49,131 bases of DNA, from positions 1 through 49,131 of the IMG/VR virus record IMGVR_UViG_3300029775_000339, one strand, 5' to 3'. Shown one piece after another: positions 9,851 to 19,806 of the stretch (its first letter is position 1; the number at the start of each line of letters is the position of its first letter). The notes beneath the pieces are model-generated. The model saw nothing but the letters and a program-made list of their open reading frames with translations. It was not told where the DNA came from and did no database searches. Source of the stretch: a virus. Its lineage: Duplodnaviria > Caudoviricetes. A program made the translations under genes and the position numbers.

Positions 9851-10986
9851 GCTTCAAACACGCATTACTTTCTGCATCCTCCAGTCACAGGTGGCTGGAA
9901 TGCCCGCCCTCGGCAAGGCTTAGTGAAAGCTATGAGGACAAGGGCAGCGAATATGCACAGCAAGGCACGGATGCCCACAGCATTTGTCAGTACAAATTGG
10001 AAAAGGCATTAGGCATAAAAACCAAAGACCCCACAGACAGCCTTACTTATTACGATGCAGAAATGGAACAGTGTGCAGAGGATTATGCAGGCTATGTTCT
10101 GGAACTGCTGGAGGATGTAAAACAAATCTGTAAAGATCCTATTGTTCTGATTGAACAGAAACTAGATTTTTCAAGGTTTGTAGAGAATGGCTTTGGCACT
10201 GGGGACTGCGTAATTATTGCAGATGGGACACTGTATGTCATTGATTATAAGCATGGAAAAGGAGTTCTTGTATCGGCTATGGAGAATCCGCAGATGCAAT
10301 GCTATGCCATAGGTGCTTTGGAACTCTTTGATGGGATTTATGACATCAATGCTGTGTGCATGACAATCTATCAGCCACGCAAGGAAAACGTCAGTGTGTT
10401 CACGATGTCAAAGGATGACTTATATTCATGGGCAGAAAACACTCTTGCACCTACAGCAAAACTTGCTTATGCAGGAGAGGGTGAATATAAAGCAGGAGAG
10501 CACTGTCAGTTTTGTCAGGCAAAGGCGGTCTGTCGTAAACGTGCCGAATACAACTTAGAACTTGCCCGTTATGATTTTGAGATGCCTGCAACATTGGAAA
10601 CCGATGAGATTGAGGCAATTCTGCCAAAGGTGGATGAACTGATTTCCTGGGCCAATGACATTAAGGAATATGCTCTTCAGCAGGCTCTTAGTGGTACCGA
10701 GTATCACGGATTCAAGGTTGTTGAAGGTCGTTCCAACAGAAAATACACGGATGAATCCGCTGTGGCAGATGCCGTTATTGCAGCAGGTTTTGATCCATAT
10801 GAACAGAAACTGCTTGGCATCACGGCAATGACATCGGTACTTGGCAAAAAGAAATTTGATGAAATCCTTGGCGACTTTACCTATAAGCCACAGGGTAAAC
10901 CAACACTCGTGCCGGAGAGTGACAAGCGTCCGGCTATCAATAACAGTAATGCTGCATTAGCAGCTGAAGATTTTAATGAAAATTAA
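9847..10986 (+). CDS. DUF2800-family PD-(D/E)XK (Cas4-like) nuclease
   Basis: HALLSASSSHRWLECPPS, GTDAH, GTGDC, IDYKHGKG, QMQCYA and HCQFC..KAVC motifs. Confidence 0.85.
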   Translation: MSFKHALLSASSSHRWLECPPSARLSESYEDKGSEYAQQGTDAHSICQYKLEKALGIKTKDPTDSLTYYDAEMEQCAEDYAGYVLELLEDVKQICKDPIVLIEQKLDFSRFVENGFGTGDCVIIADGTLYVIDYKHGKGVLVSAMENPQMQCYAIGALELFDGIYDINAVCMTIYQPRKENVSVFTMSKDDLYSWAENTLAPTAKLAYAGEGEYKAGEHCQFCQAKAVCRKRAEYNLELARYDFEMPATLETDEIEAILPKVDELISWANDIKEYALQQALSGTEYHGFKVVEGRSNRKYTDESAVADAVIAAGFDPYEQKLLGITAMTSVLGKKKFDEILGDFTYKPQGKPTLVPESDKRPAINNSNAALAAEDFNEN

Positions 10987-11000
10987 AGGAGGACAATATT

Positions 11001-11567
11001 ATGTCAAACAAAGTTAACAATCCTATGAAGGTAATCACAGGTCCCGATACTCGCTGGAGTTATGCAAATGTCTGGGAAGCAAAGTCTATCAATGGAGGAA
11101 CACCGAAGTACAGCGTATCTCTTATCATTCCAAAGTCTGATGCCAAGACGGTAGCAAAAATCCAGACCGCAATTGAGGCCGCATACAAAGAGGGCGAAAG
11201 TAAGCTGAAGGGCAATGGCAGAACAGTTCCTGCGCTTTCTGTACTTAAGACACCTCTTCGTGACGGCGATACCGAAAGACCCGATGATGAGGCATACGCT
11301 GACTGTTATTTCATCAATGCCAACAGTGCATCTGCTCCTGGTATTGTAGATGCAGACCGCCAGCCTATCATTGACCGCTCTGAGGTTTACTCTGGCGTTT
11401 ACGGCCGTGCAAGTATTAACTTTTATTCCTTTAATTCCAATGGTAATAAGGGGATTGCCTGTGGTCTCAACAACCTTCAGAAAATCAAGGATGGTGAACC
11501 TCTCGGTGGCAAATCTCGTGCAGAGGATGATTTTGAAACTGAAAATGAGGACGATTTCCTGTCTTAA
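11001..11567 (+). CDS. DUF2815-family ssDNA-binding protein
   Basis: RWSYANVWE, KYSVSLIIPK, PLRDGD, YSGVYGRASI and GLNNLQK motifs; acidic C-terminal tail ending DDFLS. Confidence 0.85.
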   Translation: MSNKVNNPMKVITGPDTRWSYANVWEAKSINGGTPKYSVSLIIPKSDAKTVAKIQTAIEAAYKEGESKLKGNGRTVPALSVLKTPLRDGDTERPDDEAYADCYFINANSASAPGIVDADRQPIIDRSEVYSGVYGRASINFYSFNSNGNKGIACGLNNLQKIKDGEPLGGKSRAEDDFETENEDDFLS

Positions 11568-11647
11568 TCGGTATGTAACAAAGCAAATCAAGTGGGTGGT
11601 GGCACTGCTGCCACCCATGACAATCTATGAAATGAGGTAAAAAATAT

Positions 11648-11830
11648 ATGGATATGATGCGAATTGTAAAAGATGTGGATGCACTGGTACTATTTTATAT
11701 CATTGTTGCTTTGACTTCCTATGGGATTACATCGGCTGTATGTGATATCTTCCGCTGGGTACATAAAAAGTGGAAGAATCTTAAATCAAGGGCTAAAACC
11801 GACAAAGAAAATGAAGATATTACAGAGTAA
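11648..11830 (+). CDS. Small single-TM membrane protein
   Basis: RBS GAGGT; hydrophobic segment followed by a basic tail; flanked by hairpins. Confidence 0.55.
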   Translation: MDMMRIVKDVDALVLFYIIVALTSYGITSAVCDIFRWVHKKWKNLKSRAKTDKENEDITE

Positions 11831-11893
11831 GTAAACGGACGGGCGGCAGGAGTAATCTTTGCCGTCTTGCTTATTATGGAAGGAGTGAAAGTT

Positions 11894-13885
11894 TTGAGTG
11901 AAATAAAAACGCTCTCAATTGATATTGAAACCTACAGTGATATTGATTTGAGTAAATGCGGTGTATATAAATATGCGGAGTCCGAGAATTTTGAAATTCT
12001 GCTGTTTGGCTATGCTGTCAACGGTGGCGAAGTGCAGGTGGTTGATTTGATCCAGGGCGATGAAGTACCAGGAGAGATTATCAAGGCATTAGCTGATGAA
12101 ACAGTGACCAAGTGGGCATTTAACGCATCCTTTGAACGCATTTGCCTTTCAGTATGGCTGCGTAAAAATTATCCCGAACATTTTTACAGCTATAGCATCA
12201 AGGAGGATGCAGTTGAAAACTATCTTAATCCATCTGCGTGGAAATGCTCCATGATATGGGCTGCCTATATGGGGATGCCGTTATCATTAGCTGGAGCAGG
12301 TGCAGTACTGGGACTTGAAGAACAGAAATTGAAAGAAGGCAAAGACCTTATCCGATATTTCTGTGTTCCATGCAAACCAACTAAGACGAATGGTGGACGT
12401 AATCGTAATTTGCCACATCATGATAAAGCTAAGTGGGATACTTTTGTTTTCTACAATAAGCGGGATGTTGAAGTAGAAATGTCCATACAGAAAAAACTCT
12501 CCAAGTTCCCTGTCCCCGATTTTATATGGAATGAATATCATCTTGACCAGGAGATCAATGACCGTGGTATTGAACTTGATATGACTGTAGTAGAACAGGC
12601 TATTGAAATGGATGCTCGCTCTAAAGCAGAACTTAATAACGCAATGAAGGAACTGACACAACTCGATAATCCTAACTCTGTGCAGCAGATGAAACAGTGG
12701 CTTTCTGATAATGGATTGGAAACAGATACCTTAGGTAAAAAGGCAGTGGCAGAATTATTAAAGGCAACTGCTGAACCACTAAGAACAGTGCTATCTCTCC
12801 GTCAGCAGCTTGCCAAATCATCGGTAAAGAAATACCAAGCAATGCAGAACGCAGTATGTAGAGATGGCAGAGCCAGGGGTATGTTTCAGTTTTATGGTGC
12901 CAACCGCAGTGGAAGATGGGCTGGCAGGATGATTCAATTGCAGAACCTCCCACAAAATCATATGCCGGATTTGGAACAGGCTCGTGGCCTTGTGAGGAAT
13001 GGAGATTATAAGGCACTGGAACTTCTATATGATGATATTCCAGATACATTGTCGCAGCTGATCCGTACTGCCTTTGTGCCAAGACAAGGATATAAGCTTG
13101 TGGTAGCAGACTTTTCGGCGATTGAGGCAAGAGTGCTGTCATTTCTTGCAGATGAATCCTGGCGAAGTGACGTCTTTAAGAATAATGGTGATATCTATTG
13201 TGCATCTGCATCAGCTATGTTTGGTGTACCTGTAGAAAAGCACGGATTGAACAGTAATCTCAGACAAAAAGGTAAAATTGCTGAGCTGGCACTAGGCTAC
13301 GGCGGTTCGGTAGGTGCATTAACAGCAATGGGTGCCTTGGATATGGGACTTAAAGAGGAAGAATTGCAGCCGCTTGTGGATGCCTGGAGAAAGGCAAATC
13401 CGAATATTGTGCAGTTCTGGTGGGATGTTGACCGTGCTGTTAAAACTGCTGTTAAACAGAAAACAACAACAGAATGCCGTGAAATTTATTTTATTTGTAA
13501 AAGCGGGATGTTATTTATTCAGCTGCCATCTGGCAGAAGACTTGCTTATGTGAAACCTCGCATCGGAGAGAATCAGTTTGGTGGTGAGTCTGTAAATTAC
13601 GAAGGCATCGGTGGCACAAAAAAATGGGAACGCATCGAAAGCTATGGTCCCAAGTTTGTAGAAAATATCGTGCAGGCAATCAGCCGGGATATTCTTATGT
13701 TTGCAATGCAAACACTGAGTCACTGCTTTATCTGTGGCCATGTACACGATGAACTGATTATTGAATGCAGCATGGGAGCTTCTGTTGATGCCATATGCGA
13801 ACAGATGGGAAGAACACCGCCTTGGATTAACGATTTGTTACTTCGTGCTGATGGATATGAAACCATGTTTTATAAAAAAGATTAA
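11894..13885 (+). CDS. Phage family-A DNA polymerase with 3'-5' exonuclease domain
   Basis: DIETYS (ExoI), FNASFER, YNKRDV, QLQNLP, ADFSAIEARV (motif A), RQKGKIAELALGYG (motif B) and HVHDE (motif C). Start uncertain (11867-11894). Confidence 0.93.
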   Translation: MSEIKTLSIDIETYSDIDLSKCGVYKYAESENFEILLFGYAVNGGEVQVVDLIQGDEVPGEIIKALADETVTKWAFNASFERICLSVWLRKNYPEHFYSYSIKEDAVENYLNPSAWKCSMIWAAYMGMPLSLAGAGAVLGLEEQKLKEGKDLIRYFCVPCKPTKTNGGRNRNLPHHDKAKWDTFVFYNKRDVEVEMSIQKKLSKFPVPDFIWNEYHLDQEINDRGIELDMTVVEQAIEMDARSKAELNNAMKELTQLDNPNSVQQMKQWLSDNGLETDTLGKKAVAELLKATAEPLRTVLSLRQQLAKSSVKKYQAMQNAVCRDGRARGMFQFYGANRSGRWAGRMIQLQNLPQNHMPDLEQARGLVRNGDYKALELLYDDIPDTLSQLIRTAFVPRQGYKLVVADFSAIEARVLSFLADESWRSDVFKNNGDIYCASASAMFGVPVEKHGLNSNLRQKGKIAELALGYGGSVGALTAMGALDMGLKEEELQPLVDAWRKANPNIVQFWWDVDRAVKTAVKQKTTTECREIYFICKSGMLFIQLPSGRRLAYVKPRIGENQFGGESVNYEGIGGTKKWERIESYGPKFVENIVQAISRDILMFAMQTLSHCFICGHVHDELIIECSMGASVDAICEQMGRTPPWINDLLLRADGYETMFYKKD

Positions 13886-13898
13886 ATATTTTTTTAAG

Positions 13899-13937
13899 GG
13901 GGCTAAAATATAGCCTTCTTTTTTTGACTGTGACTTG
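13899..13937 (+). promoter_or_regulatory. Candidate element-specific promoter, copy 2
   Basis: GGGGCTAA-N16-TTTGACTGTGACTTG, as at 9219-9257. Confidence 0.65.
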
Positions 13938-13983
13938 AGGGACAAAGGTTCTTCAAAAAATCTTATAACAGGAGGTAATTCTT

Positions 13984-14781
13984 ATGAATGAATTACAAGT
14001 TTTCCAAAGTACAGAGTTTGGCTCTGTAAGAGCAGTCACAGTCAATGGTATTCCCTATTTTGTGGGAAAAGATGTAGCAGATATTCTTGGCTATGAAAGA
14101 CCCGCAAAGGCAATTCTCGATCATGTAGATGAAGATGATAAAGATGAAGTCCCAATTCAGGACTCCATCGGAAGAATGCAAAACACACCTGTCATTAATG
14201 AAAGTGGTCTTTATAGTCTTATTCTTTCAAGCAGGATGCCAAGTGCGAAAAAGTTCAAGCGTTGGGTAACTAGTGAGGTTCTCCCTGCTATCCGCAAACA
14301 TGGTGTTTATGCAGTTGATGAGTTACTTAATAACCCAGATATGTTGATTGCAGCACTTACGAAACTAAAATCAGAGCGTGATAGAAATAAGGCTCTTACA
14401 GAAACAGTTGCAGTACAAAATCAGCAGATTGTGGAGATGAAACCCAAAGCATCTTATTACGATGTGGTACTTAACTGTAAAGACCTGGTTGCCATTTCTG
14501 TTATTGCAAAAGATTACGGCTGGAGTGCCAATCGTATGAACAGATATCTTCATGATAAGGGTGTTCAGTTTAAGCAGAGCGCTATCTGGCTTTTATATCA
14601 GAAATATGCGGAAAAAGGATATACAAGCACGAAAACTCATAGCTATCCTGGCAATGACGGAAGTATTCATACAAAGGTTCATACTTATTGGACGCAGAAA
14701 GGCAGACTTTTTATCTACAGTCTTATGAAGGAAGATGGATATTTTCCTTTGATTGAGCAGGAGGATGAGTATGGGAATTGA
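13984..14781 (+). CDS. Phage antirepressor (BRO-N + KilAC/ANT domains)
   Basis: FVGKDVADILGY, INESGLYSLI and FKRWVTSEVLPAIRKHG (BRO-N); KPKASYYD and WTQKGRLFI (ANT). Confidence 0.92.
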   Translation: MNELQVFQSTEFGSVRAVTVNGIPYFVGKDVADILGYERPAKAILDHVDEDDKDEVPIQDSIGRMQNTPVINESGLYSLILSSRMPSAKKFKRWVTSEVLPAIRKHGVYAVDELLNNPDMLIAALTKLKSERDRNKALTETVAVQNQQIVEMKPKASYYDVVLNCKDLVAISVIAKDYGWSANRMNRYLHDKGVQFKQSAIWLLYQKYAEKGYTSTKTHSYPGNDGSIHTKVHTYWTQKGRLFIYSLMKEDGYFPLIEQEDEYGN

Positions 14782-15196
14782 TAAGTTTAACAGTGAGGGA
14801 TATTTTGACCCAACTCCCTATGAAGCATTAACTAAAGTTGAAAATGAAGAGAGAGCAGCTCGCAAGGCTGCCTCTTTCCGCCCTTTGGTGTATATCTGTT
14901 CTCCATATTCAGGTGATGTGGAGAAAAATATATATCTAGCAAAAGTATTCAGCCGATTTGCAGTTGTAAAAAATGCAATACCGATTGCACCACATCTTCT
15001 TTTCCCACAGTTCATGGATGAAAGCACGGAAAGAGGTCTTGCTATGTTTATGGATATGGTACTGCTTGGGAAATGCAGTGAAGTATGGGTATTTGGCAGC
15101 ACCATATCGGAGGGAATGGCAGCTGAGATTGCAAAGGCACAGAAACAAAGAAAAGTAATCCGCTACTTTACGGAAGATTTGGAGGAGAAAGCATAA
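14771..15196 (+). CDS. DUF4406-like / nucleoside deoxyribosyltransferase-like phage protein
   Basis: VYICSPYSG, APHLLFPQF and SEGMAAEI motifs. Confidence 0.75.
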   Translation: MGIDKFNSEGYFDPTPYEALTKVENEERAARKAASFRPLVYICSPYSGDVEKNIYLAKVFSRFAVVKNAIPIAPHLLFPQFMDESTERGLAMFMDMVLLGKCSEVWVFGSTISEGMAAEIAKAQKQRKVIRYFTEDLEEKA

Positions 15197-17442
15197 TGGA
15201 ATTAACCTTATTTACGGCAGACTGTGTGGGGAGTCTGTCTAATTGTGTTTATCCTCACAAAGCTGTAATTACAGATGAAGAATCATTAAAACAGGCGGTA
15301 ATACATGATCATGTAACAGCTGAGTATAAGAACAATTATCGCAGTAGTGCAAATTTTATAAAAGCTGATAATGTTCCGCTTGATTGTGATAATGATCATT
15401 CAGATAACCCGGATGAATGGGTCACCCCATTTGAAGTTGCACTTGTTTTTCAAGATGTTTCTTTTGCAGTTGTTTACAGTCGAAATCATATGAAAACAAA
15501 AGAAAATAAATCTGCCCGTCCAAGATTTCATGTTTACTTTATAACGCCCATGATTACAGACCCAGAGGAATACGCTGCACTGAAAAAACAAATTGCTGCT
15601 TCTTTTCCCTATTTTGATAACAATGCACTCGATAGCGCCAGACTGCTTTTTGGCACTGATGAGGCAGAGGTAGAAATTTATAATGGCAGTAAAAATATTG
15701 TGGAGTATATTGATGAAGTTGCATTTGAAGATTGGGAACAAAGTAAAGAGGAAATCCCACAAGGGCAGCGTAACAGCACCATGTCACATCATGCTGGGAA
15801 AATTATCAAACGCTATGGGAATACAGAAAAGGCGTATAACCTGTTTTTGAAACAGGCTGAGAATTGCAATCCACCGCTTGAAGAAAGTGAATTGAAAATC
15901 ATCTGGGGCAGTGCTGTCAATTTTGGCAAAAAGGTATCATCACAGAATGGTTATATACCGCCGGAGCAGTTTAACTCAAACTTACAGCTTAAGCCAGAGG
16001 ATTATTCTGATGTAGGTCAGGCAACGGTAATGGCAAAAGAATACGAATGTCTTCTGCGATATTCCCCTGCTACGGATTATATCGTGTATAACGGAAGCTT
16101 TTGGGAAGAATCGAAACCTAAGTCACAGGCGGTTGCACAGGAACTTACTTCCAGACAGCTTGAAGAGGCTGAAACCGAAATCAAGAAAGTTACCAACGAA
16201 ATGATGCAAAATGGTGCGTGGGAGATACTGGCGGCAATGGGCCCGAAGAAAGCCGTCTCAACATTTAATGAACAGCAGGCACACTCTTTTGATAAATATC
16301 AAAGTGCTGTTACCTACCGAAACTATGCCATCAAACGCAGGGATTCCAAGTATATTACTTCAGCTTTAAAAGAGGCTCGTCCTATGCTCGAAATTGAACA
16401 GCGCACCTTGGATGCGGATGAATTTTTATTGAATGCACCATCCGTTACTTATGACCTACGTAATGGAATAACATCACCAATGGAACATAATCCGCTCGAC
16501 TTTATTACTAAGCAGACGGCCGTTGATCCCGACAATGTGGGTTTTGAAATATGGGAGAAAGCACTTGATACATTCTTCTGTGGAGATGCAGACCTTACCA
16601 GCTATGTGCAGGAAATTGTAGGGCTGTCTGCTATTGGAAAAGTATATGTTGAGGCTCTTATCATTGCTTATGGTGAAGGACGAAACGGAAAGTCTACCTT
16701 TTGGAATGCAGTGTCCAGGGTTCTTGGCTCATACAGCGGAAATATGTCTGCAGATATGCTGACCGTTGGGTGCAGGAGAAATGTAAAGCCGGAACTGGCT
16801 GAAGCTAAAGGTAAAAGATTGCTGATTGCGGCTGAATTGGAAGAGGGTATGAGGCTGAATACCTCTAATGTTAAACAGCTGTGTTCTACCGATGAAATTT
16901 ATGCAGAGAAAAAGTACAAAGACCCATTTTCCTATATTCCCAGCCATACTTTGGTGCTGTATACCAACCATCTGCCAAAGGTCGGTGCGATTGACAAAGG
17001 CACATGGCGAAGGTTGATTGTAATTCCATTTGGAGCAAAGATTGAAGGCAGTGCGGATGTGAAGAACTATGCAGATTTCTTGTTTGAAAATGCTGGAGGA
17101 GCAATTCTTTCATGGGTAATTGAGGGTGCAAAAAAGGTAATCAGCCATAACTATAAAATTACCACTCCACAGCAGGTCAAGGATGCCATTGAGGCATACA
17201 AAGAAAACAATGACTGGCTTAGCCATTTTTTGACGGAATGCTGTGAGGTGGAAGATTCTTATAACGCAAAGTCCGGCGAGGTCTATAACTCATACCGTGC
17301 CTATTGTATACAGGTGGGTGAGTTTATTCGCAGTACAGCAGATTTCTACACTGCCTTGGAATCCGCAGGATTCGGCCGTAAGAAAACAAGAGCCTGCAAT
17401 ATTATCACTGGACTCCGATTAAAGTCGGAATTCTTGGAATAA
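15196..17442 (+). CDS. P4/D5-family primase-helicase
   Basis: DCDNDHSD and RPRFH (primase), GQRNST...CNPPLEESEL (PriCT), GEGRNGKST (SF3 Walker A), TNHLP and WRRL. Confidence 0.92.
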   Translation: MELTLFTADCVGSLSNCVYPHKAVITDEESLKQAVIHDHVTAEYKNNYRSSANFIKADNVPLDCDNDHSDNPDEWVTPFEVALVFQDVSFAVVYSRNHMKTKENKSARPRFHVYFITPMITDPEEYAALKKQIAASFPYFDNNALDSARLLFGTDEAEVEIYNGSKNIVEYIDEVAFEDWEQSKEEIPQGQRNSTMSHHAGKIIKRYGNTEKAYNLFLKQAENCNPPLEESELKIIWGSAVNFGKKVSSQNGYIPPEQFNSNLQLKPEDYSDVGQATVMAKEYECLLRYSPATDYIVYNGSFWEESKPKSQAVAQELTSRQLEEAETEIKKVTNEMMQNGAWEILAAMGPKKAVSTFNEQQAHSFDKYQSAVTYRNYAIKRRDSKYITSALKEARPMLEIEQRTLDADEFLLNAPSVTYDLRNGITSPMEHNPLDFITKQTAVDPDNVGFEIWEKALDTFFCGDADLTSYVQEIVGLSAIGKVYVEALIIAYGEGRNGKSTFWNAVSRVLGSYSGNMSADMLTVGCRRNVKPELAEAKGKRLLIAAELEEGMRLNTSNVKQLCSTDEIYAEKKYKDPFSYIPSHTLVLYTNHLPKVGAIDKGTWRRLIVIPFGAKIEGSADVKNYADFLFENAGGAILSWVIEGAKKVISHNYKITTPQQVKDAIEAYKENNDWLSHFLTECCEVEDSYNAKSGEVYNSYRAYCIQVGEFIRSTADFYTALESAGFGRKKTRACNIITGLRLKSEFLE

Positions 17443-17462
17443 AGCCATTTTCCCAATAGTGT

Positions 17463-17554
17463 GGAGGTCTATGGAAGTCTTATATATAACTTCTCTTAGA
17501 AGTAAAAAAATAAGACTATATAAAAAGTTAAGGAAATGCATTCCATAGACCTCC
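17463..17554. repeat. Inverted repeat around an AT-rich core; putative replication origin
   Basis: Perfect 14-bp IR GGAGGTCTATGGAA (17463-17476) / TTCCATAGACCTCC (17541-17554) directly after the primase-helicase gene. Confidence 0.55.
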
Positions 17555-17588
17555 TCACCTACCCAAAATTATGACTGATGGAGGTATC

Positions 17589-17870
17589 ATGAGAGAAAAA
17601 GTAATAGAACAGAAACTTGTGGCAGCAGTAAAGAAAAATGGTGGCATCTGTCCGAAGTTTACATCTCCAGGCTTTGATGGAATGCCTGATAGATTGGTAT
17701 TGATGCCTGGTGGCAGGTTTGCTTTTGTGGAGGTTAAGGCTCCAGGGCAGAAACCAAGAGCACTGCAGGCAGCAAGACACAAATTATTACATTGTTTGGG
17801 ATTTAGAGTATACATCTTGGATGATGAAAGCAAGATTGGAGGGATACTGGATGAAATACGAGCCACATAG
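17589..17870 (+). CDS. VRR-NUC domain nuclease
   Basis: EKVIEQKL, SPGFDGMPDRLV, FVEVKAPG and LQ..RH motifs. Confidence 0.9.
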   Translation: MREKVIEQKLVAAVKKNGGICPKFTSPGFDGMPDRLVLMPGGRFAFVEVKAPGQKPRALQAARHKLLHCLGFRVYILDDESKIGGILDEIRAT

Positions 17871-19221
17871 TTATCAGCAGTTTGCCATTTCATATATTGA
17901 GGAACATCCTGTGGCAGCAGTCCTTTTGGATATGGGCTTAGGGAAAACGAGCATTACGTTGACTGCCATCAATGATTTATTGTTTGACAGCTTTGATATT
18001 CATAAAGTCCTTGTGGTTGCGCCCCTTCGTGTAGCAAGAAATACATGGTCTGATGAAATCAGTAAATGGGAACATCTGAGTGACCTGCGTTATGCCATAG
18101 CGGTTGGCACAGAATCCGAAAGAGTGACAGCACTGATATCCAAAGCAGATATTTATATCATCAACCGTGAAAATGTGCAGTGGCTGATTGAGTCAAGTGG
18201 AGTTCCCTTCGATTTTGATATGGTGATTGTAGATGAGTTGTCATCTTTCAAGAATCACCAAGCAAAACGATTCAGAGCCTTAATGAAAGTAAGACCAAAG
18301 GTTAGAAGAATGATAGGACTTACAGGTACCCCATCTAGTAACGGACTTATGGATTTATTTGCAGAATTTAAGTTGCTGGATATGGGAGAACGGCTTGGAA
18401 GATTTATTGGTCAGTATAGAACGGCATATTTCAAGCCGGATAAAATGAATGGGCAGATTATTTTTTCCTATAAGCCACTGCCTGGAGCAGAACAGCAGAT
18501 TTACAACAAAATATCAGATATCACGATTTCCATGAAGTCTACCGATCATATAAAGATGCCGGAACTTGTAAATTCCAGATATGTGGTGCATTTATCGGAG
18601 AAAGAACAGGAACGATATGAAGAATTGAAAAAAGACCTGGTGCTGCAGTTACCAGATGGAGAAATTACAGCAGCCAATGCCGCATCACTTTCTACCAAGC
18701 TTTGTCAGATGGCAAATGGGGCAGTATATTCTGATGATGAAGATATTCTAAAAATTCATGATAAGAAACTGGATGCCCTTGAAGATATTATCGAAGCAGC
18801 AAATGGAAAGCCGATACTGGTGGCTTACTGGTTTAAACATGACCTTCAGAGAATCACCGAAAGGCTGCATAATCTGAAAGTACCTTTTTCAAAATTAGAT
18901 ACTGATGCAAGCATTCGAAATTGGAATGCAGGAGAACTTCCTGTGGCAATGATCCATCCGGCATCTGCTGGACACGGACTTAACCTTCAAAGTGGTGGTT
19001 CAACCCTTGTGTGGTTTGGACTTACCTGGAGCCTGGAACTGTATCAACAGACAGTGGCAAGATTATGGCGGCAGGGTCAGACAGCAGGTACTGTGGTGGT
19101 ACAGCATATTATTGCTAAAGGCACAATTGATGAACGAGTGATGAAAGCATTATCCTTAAAGGATAGTACCCAGTCCGCATTGATTGATGCTGTTAAGGCG
19201 GAAATCTCAGACAACATTTGA
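17851..19221 (+). CDS. SNF2-family helicase
   Basis: DMGLGKT, VDELS, LTGTP, SAGHGLNLQ and Q...RLWRQGQ; start at ATG 17851 (MKYEPHSYQ). Confidence 0.92.
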   Translation: MKYEPHSYQQFAISYIEEHPVAAVLLDMGLGKTSITLTAINDLLFDSFDIHKVLVVAPLRVARNTWSDEISKWEHLSDLRYAIAVGTESERVTALISKADIYIINRENVQWLIESSGVPFDFDMVIVDELSSFKNHQAKRFRALMKVRPKVRRMIGLTGTPSSNGLMDLFAEFKLLDMGERLGRFIGQYRTAYFKPDKMNGQIIFSYKPLPGAEQQIYNKISDITISMKSTDHIKMPELVNSRYVVHLSEKEQERYEELKKDLVLQLPDGEITAANAASLSTKLCQMANGAVYSDDEDILKIHDKKLDALEDIIEAANGKPILVAYWFKHDLQRITERLHNLKVPFSKLDTDASIRNWNAGELPVAMIHPASAGHGLNLQSGGSTLVWFGLTWSLELYQQTVARLWRQGQTAGTVVVQHIIAKGTIDERVMKALSLKDSTQSALIDAVKAEISDNI

Positions 19222-19250
19222 AAACCTAAGACAATCCAAGCCAATCCGAG
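19200..19250 (+). repeat. Imperfect 10-bp tandem repeats
   Basis: GGAAATCTCA/GACAACATTT/GAAAACCTAA/GACAATCCAA/GCCAATCCGA. Confidence 0.45.
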
Positions 19251-19276
19251 TGCAATAAAATTTCGGAGGTAAGGAT

Positions 19277-19732
19277 ATGAACATTATCTGGCAGTATTTA
19301 GATAAACGCAGTGCGGCCGTAAATGCCTTAATGGATTACAGCAGTATGGAATATATTATCAGTCATACGGATGAGGAAATCAAGAATGCCCATGACAAGA
19401 TGAGTGGTATCCGAAGTCCCCAGTTTGATGGGATGCCAAGAGTCCATAATCCCCAGGCGGGAGAAGAACGTATCTTAAATGGAATTGAAGAAATCGATGT
19501 GCTAAAAGAACGTTACAGACAAGCCGTGGAGTACATGGAATGGTTTAAGCCTGCATGGGAGCAGCTGACCGAGGATGAGCATTATGTGCTTGAAAAATTC
19601 TACAGCAATGAAGATAGTCAGACAGGTGCGGTATATGACATATGCGACCATTTTCACATTGAGCGTTCCTCTGCGTACAACAAGAAGAACCGTGCGCTGC
19701 AGCACCTGGCTGTTTTGCTATTTGGAAAGTGA
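19277..19732 (+). CDS. RinA/ArpU-like late transcriptional activator
   Basis: Position between helicase and HNH; C-terminal region-4-like HTH (LTEDEHYVLEKFY...ICDHFHIERSSAYNKKNRAL). Confidence 0.7.
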   Translation: MNIIWQYLDKRSAAVNALMDYSSMEYIISHTDEEIKNAHDKMSGIRSPQFDGMPRVHNPQAGEERILNGIEEIDVLKERYRQAVEYMEWFKPAWEQLTEDEHYVLEKFYSNEDSQTGAVYDICDHFHIERSSAYNKKNRALQHLAVLLFGK

Positions 19733-19806
19733 TGAGTAATATCGTGGACGCATTTTCAGAACCACGGTGTTATACTGATAGCATGAAAAACTGCATAGAG
19801 AACAGC

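Noticed and set aside
9847-10986. Cas4-like nuclease as a sign of CRISPR-Cas
   Set aside because: Usual DUF2800 member of this replication module; no other cas genes and no repeat-spacer array seen.
11004-11618. 204-aa minus-strand ORF
   Set aside because: Antisense shadow of the well-supported DUF2815 gene; no motif recognised.
11648-11830. Small TM protein as a holin
   Set aside because: Sits in the early replication block with no adjacent endolysin.
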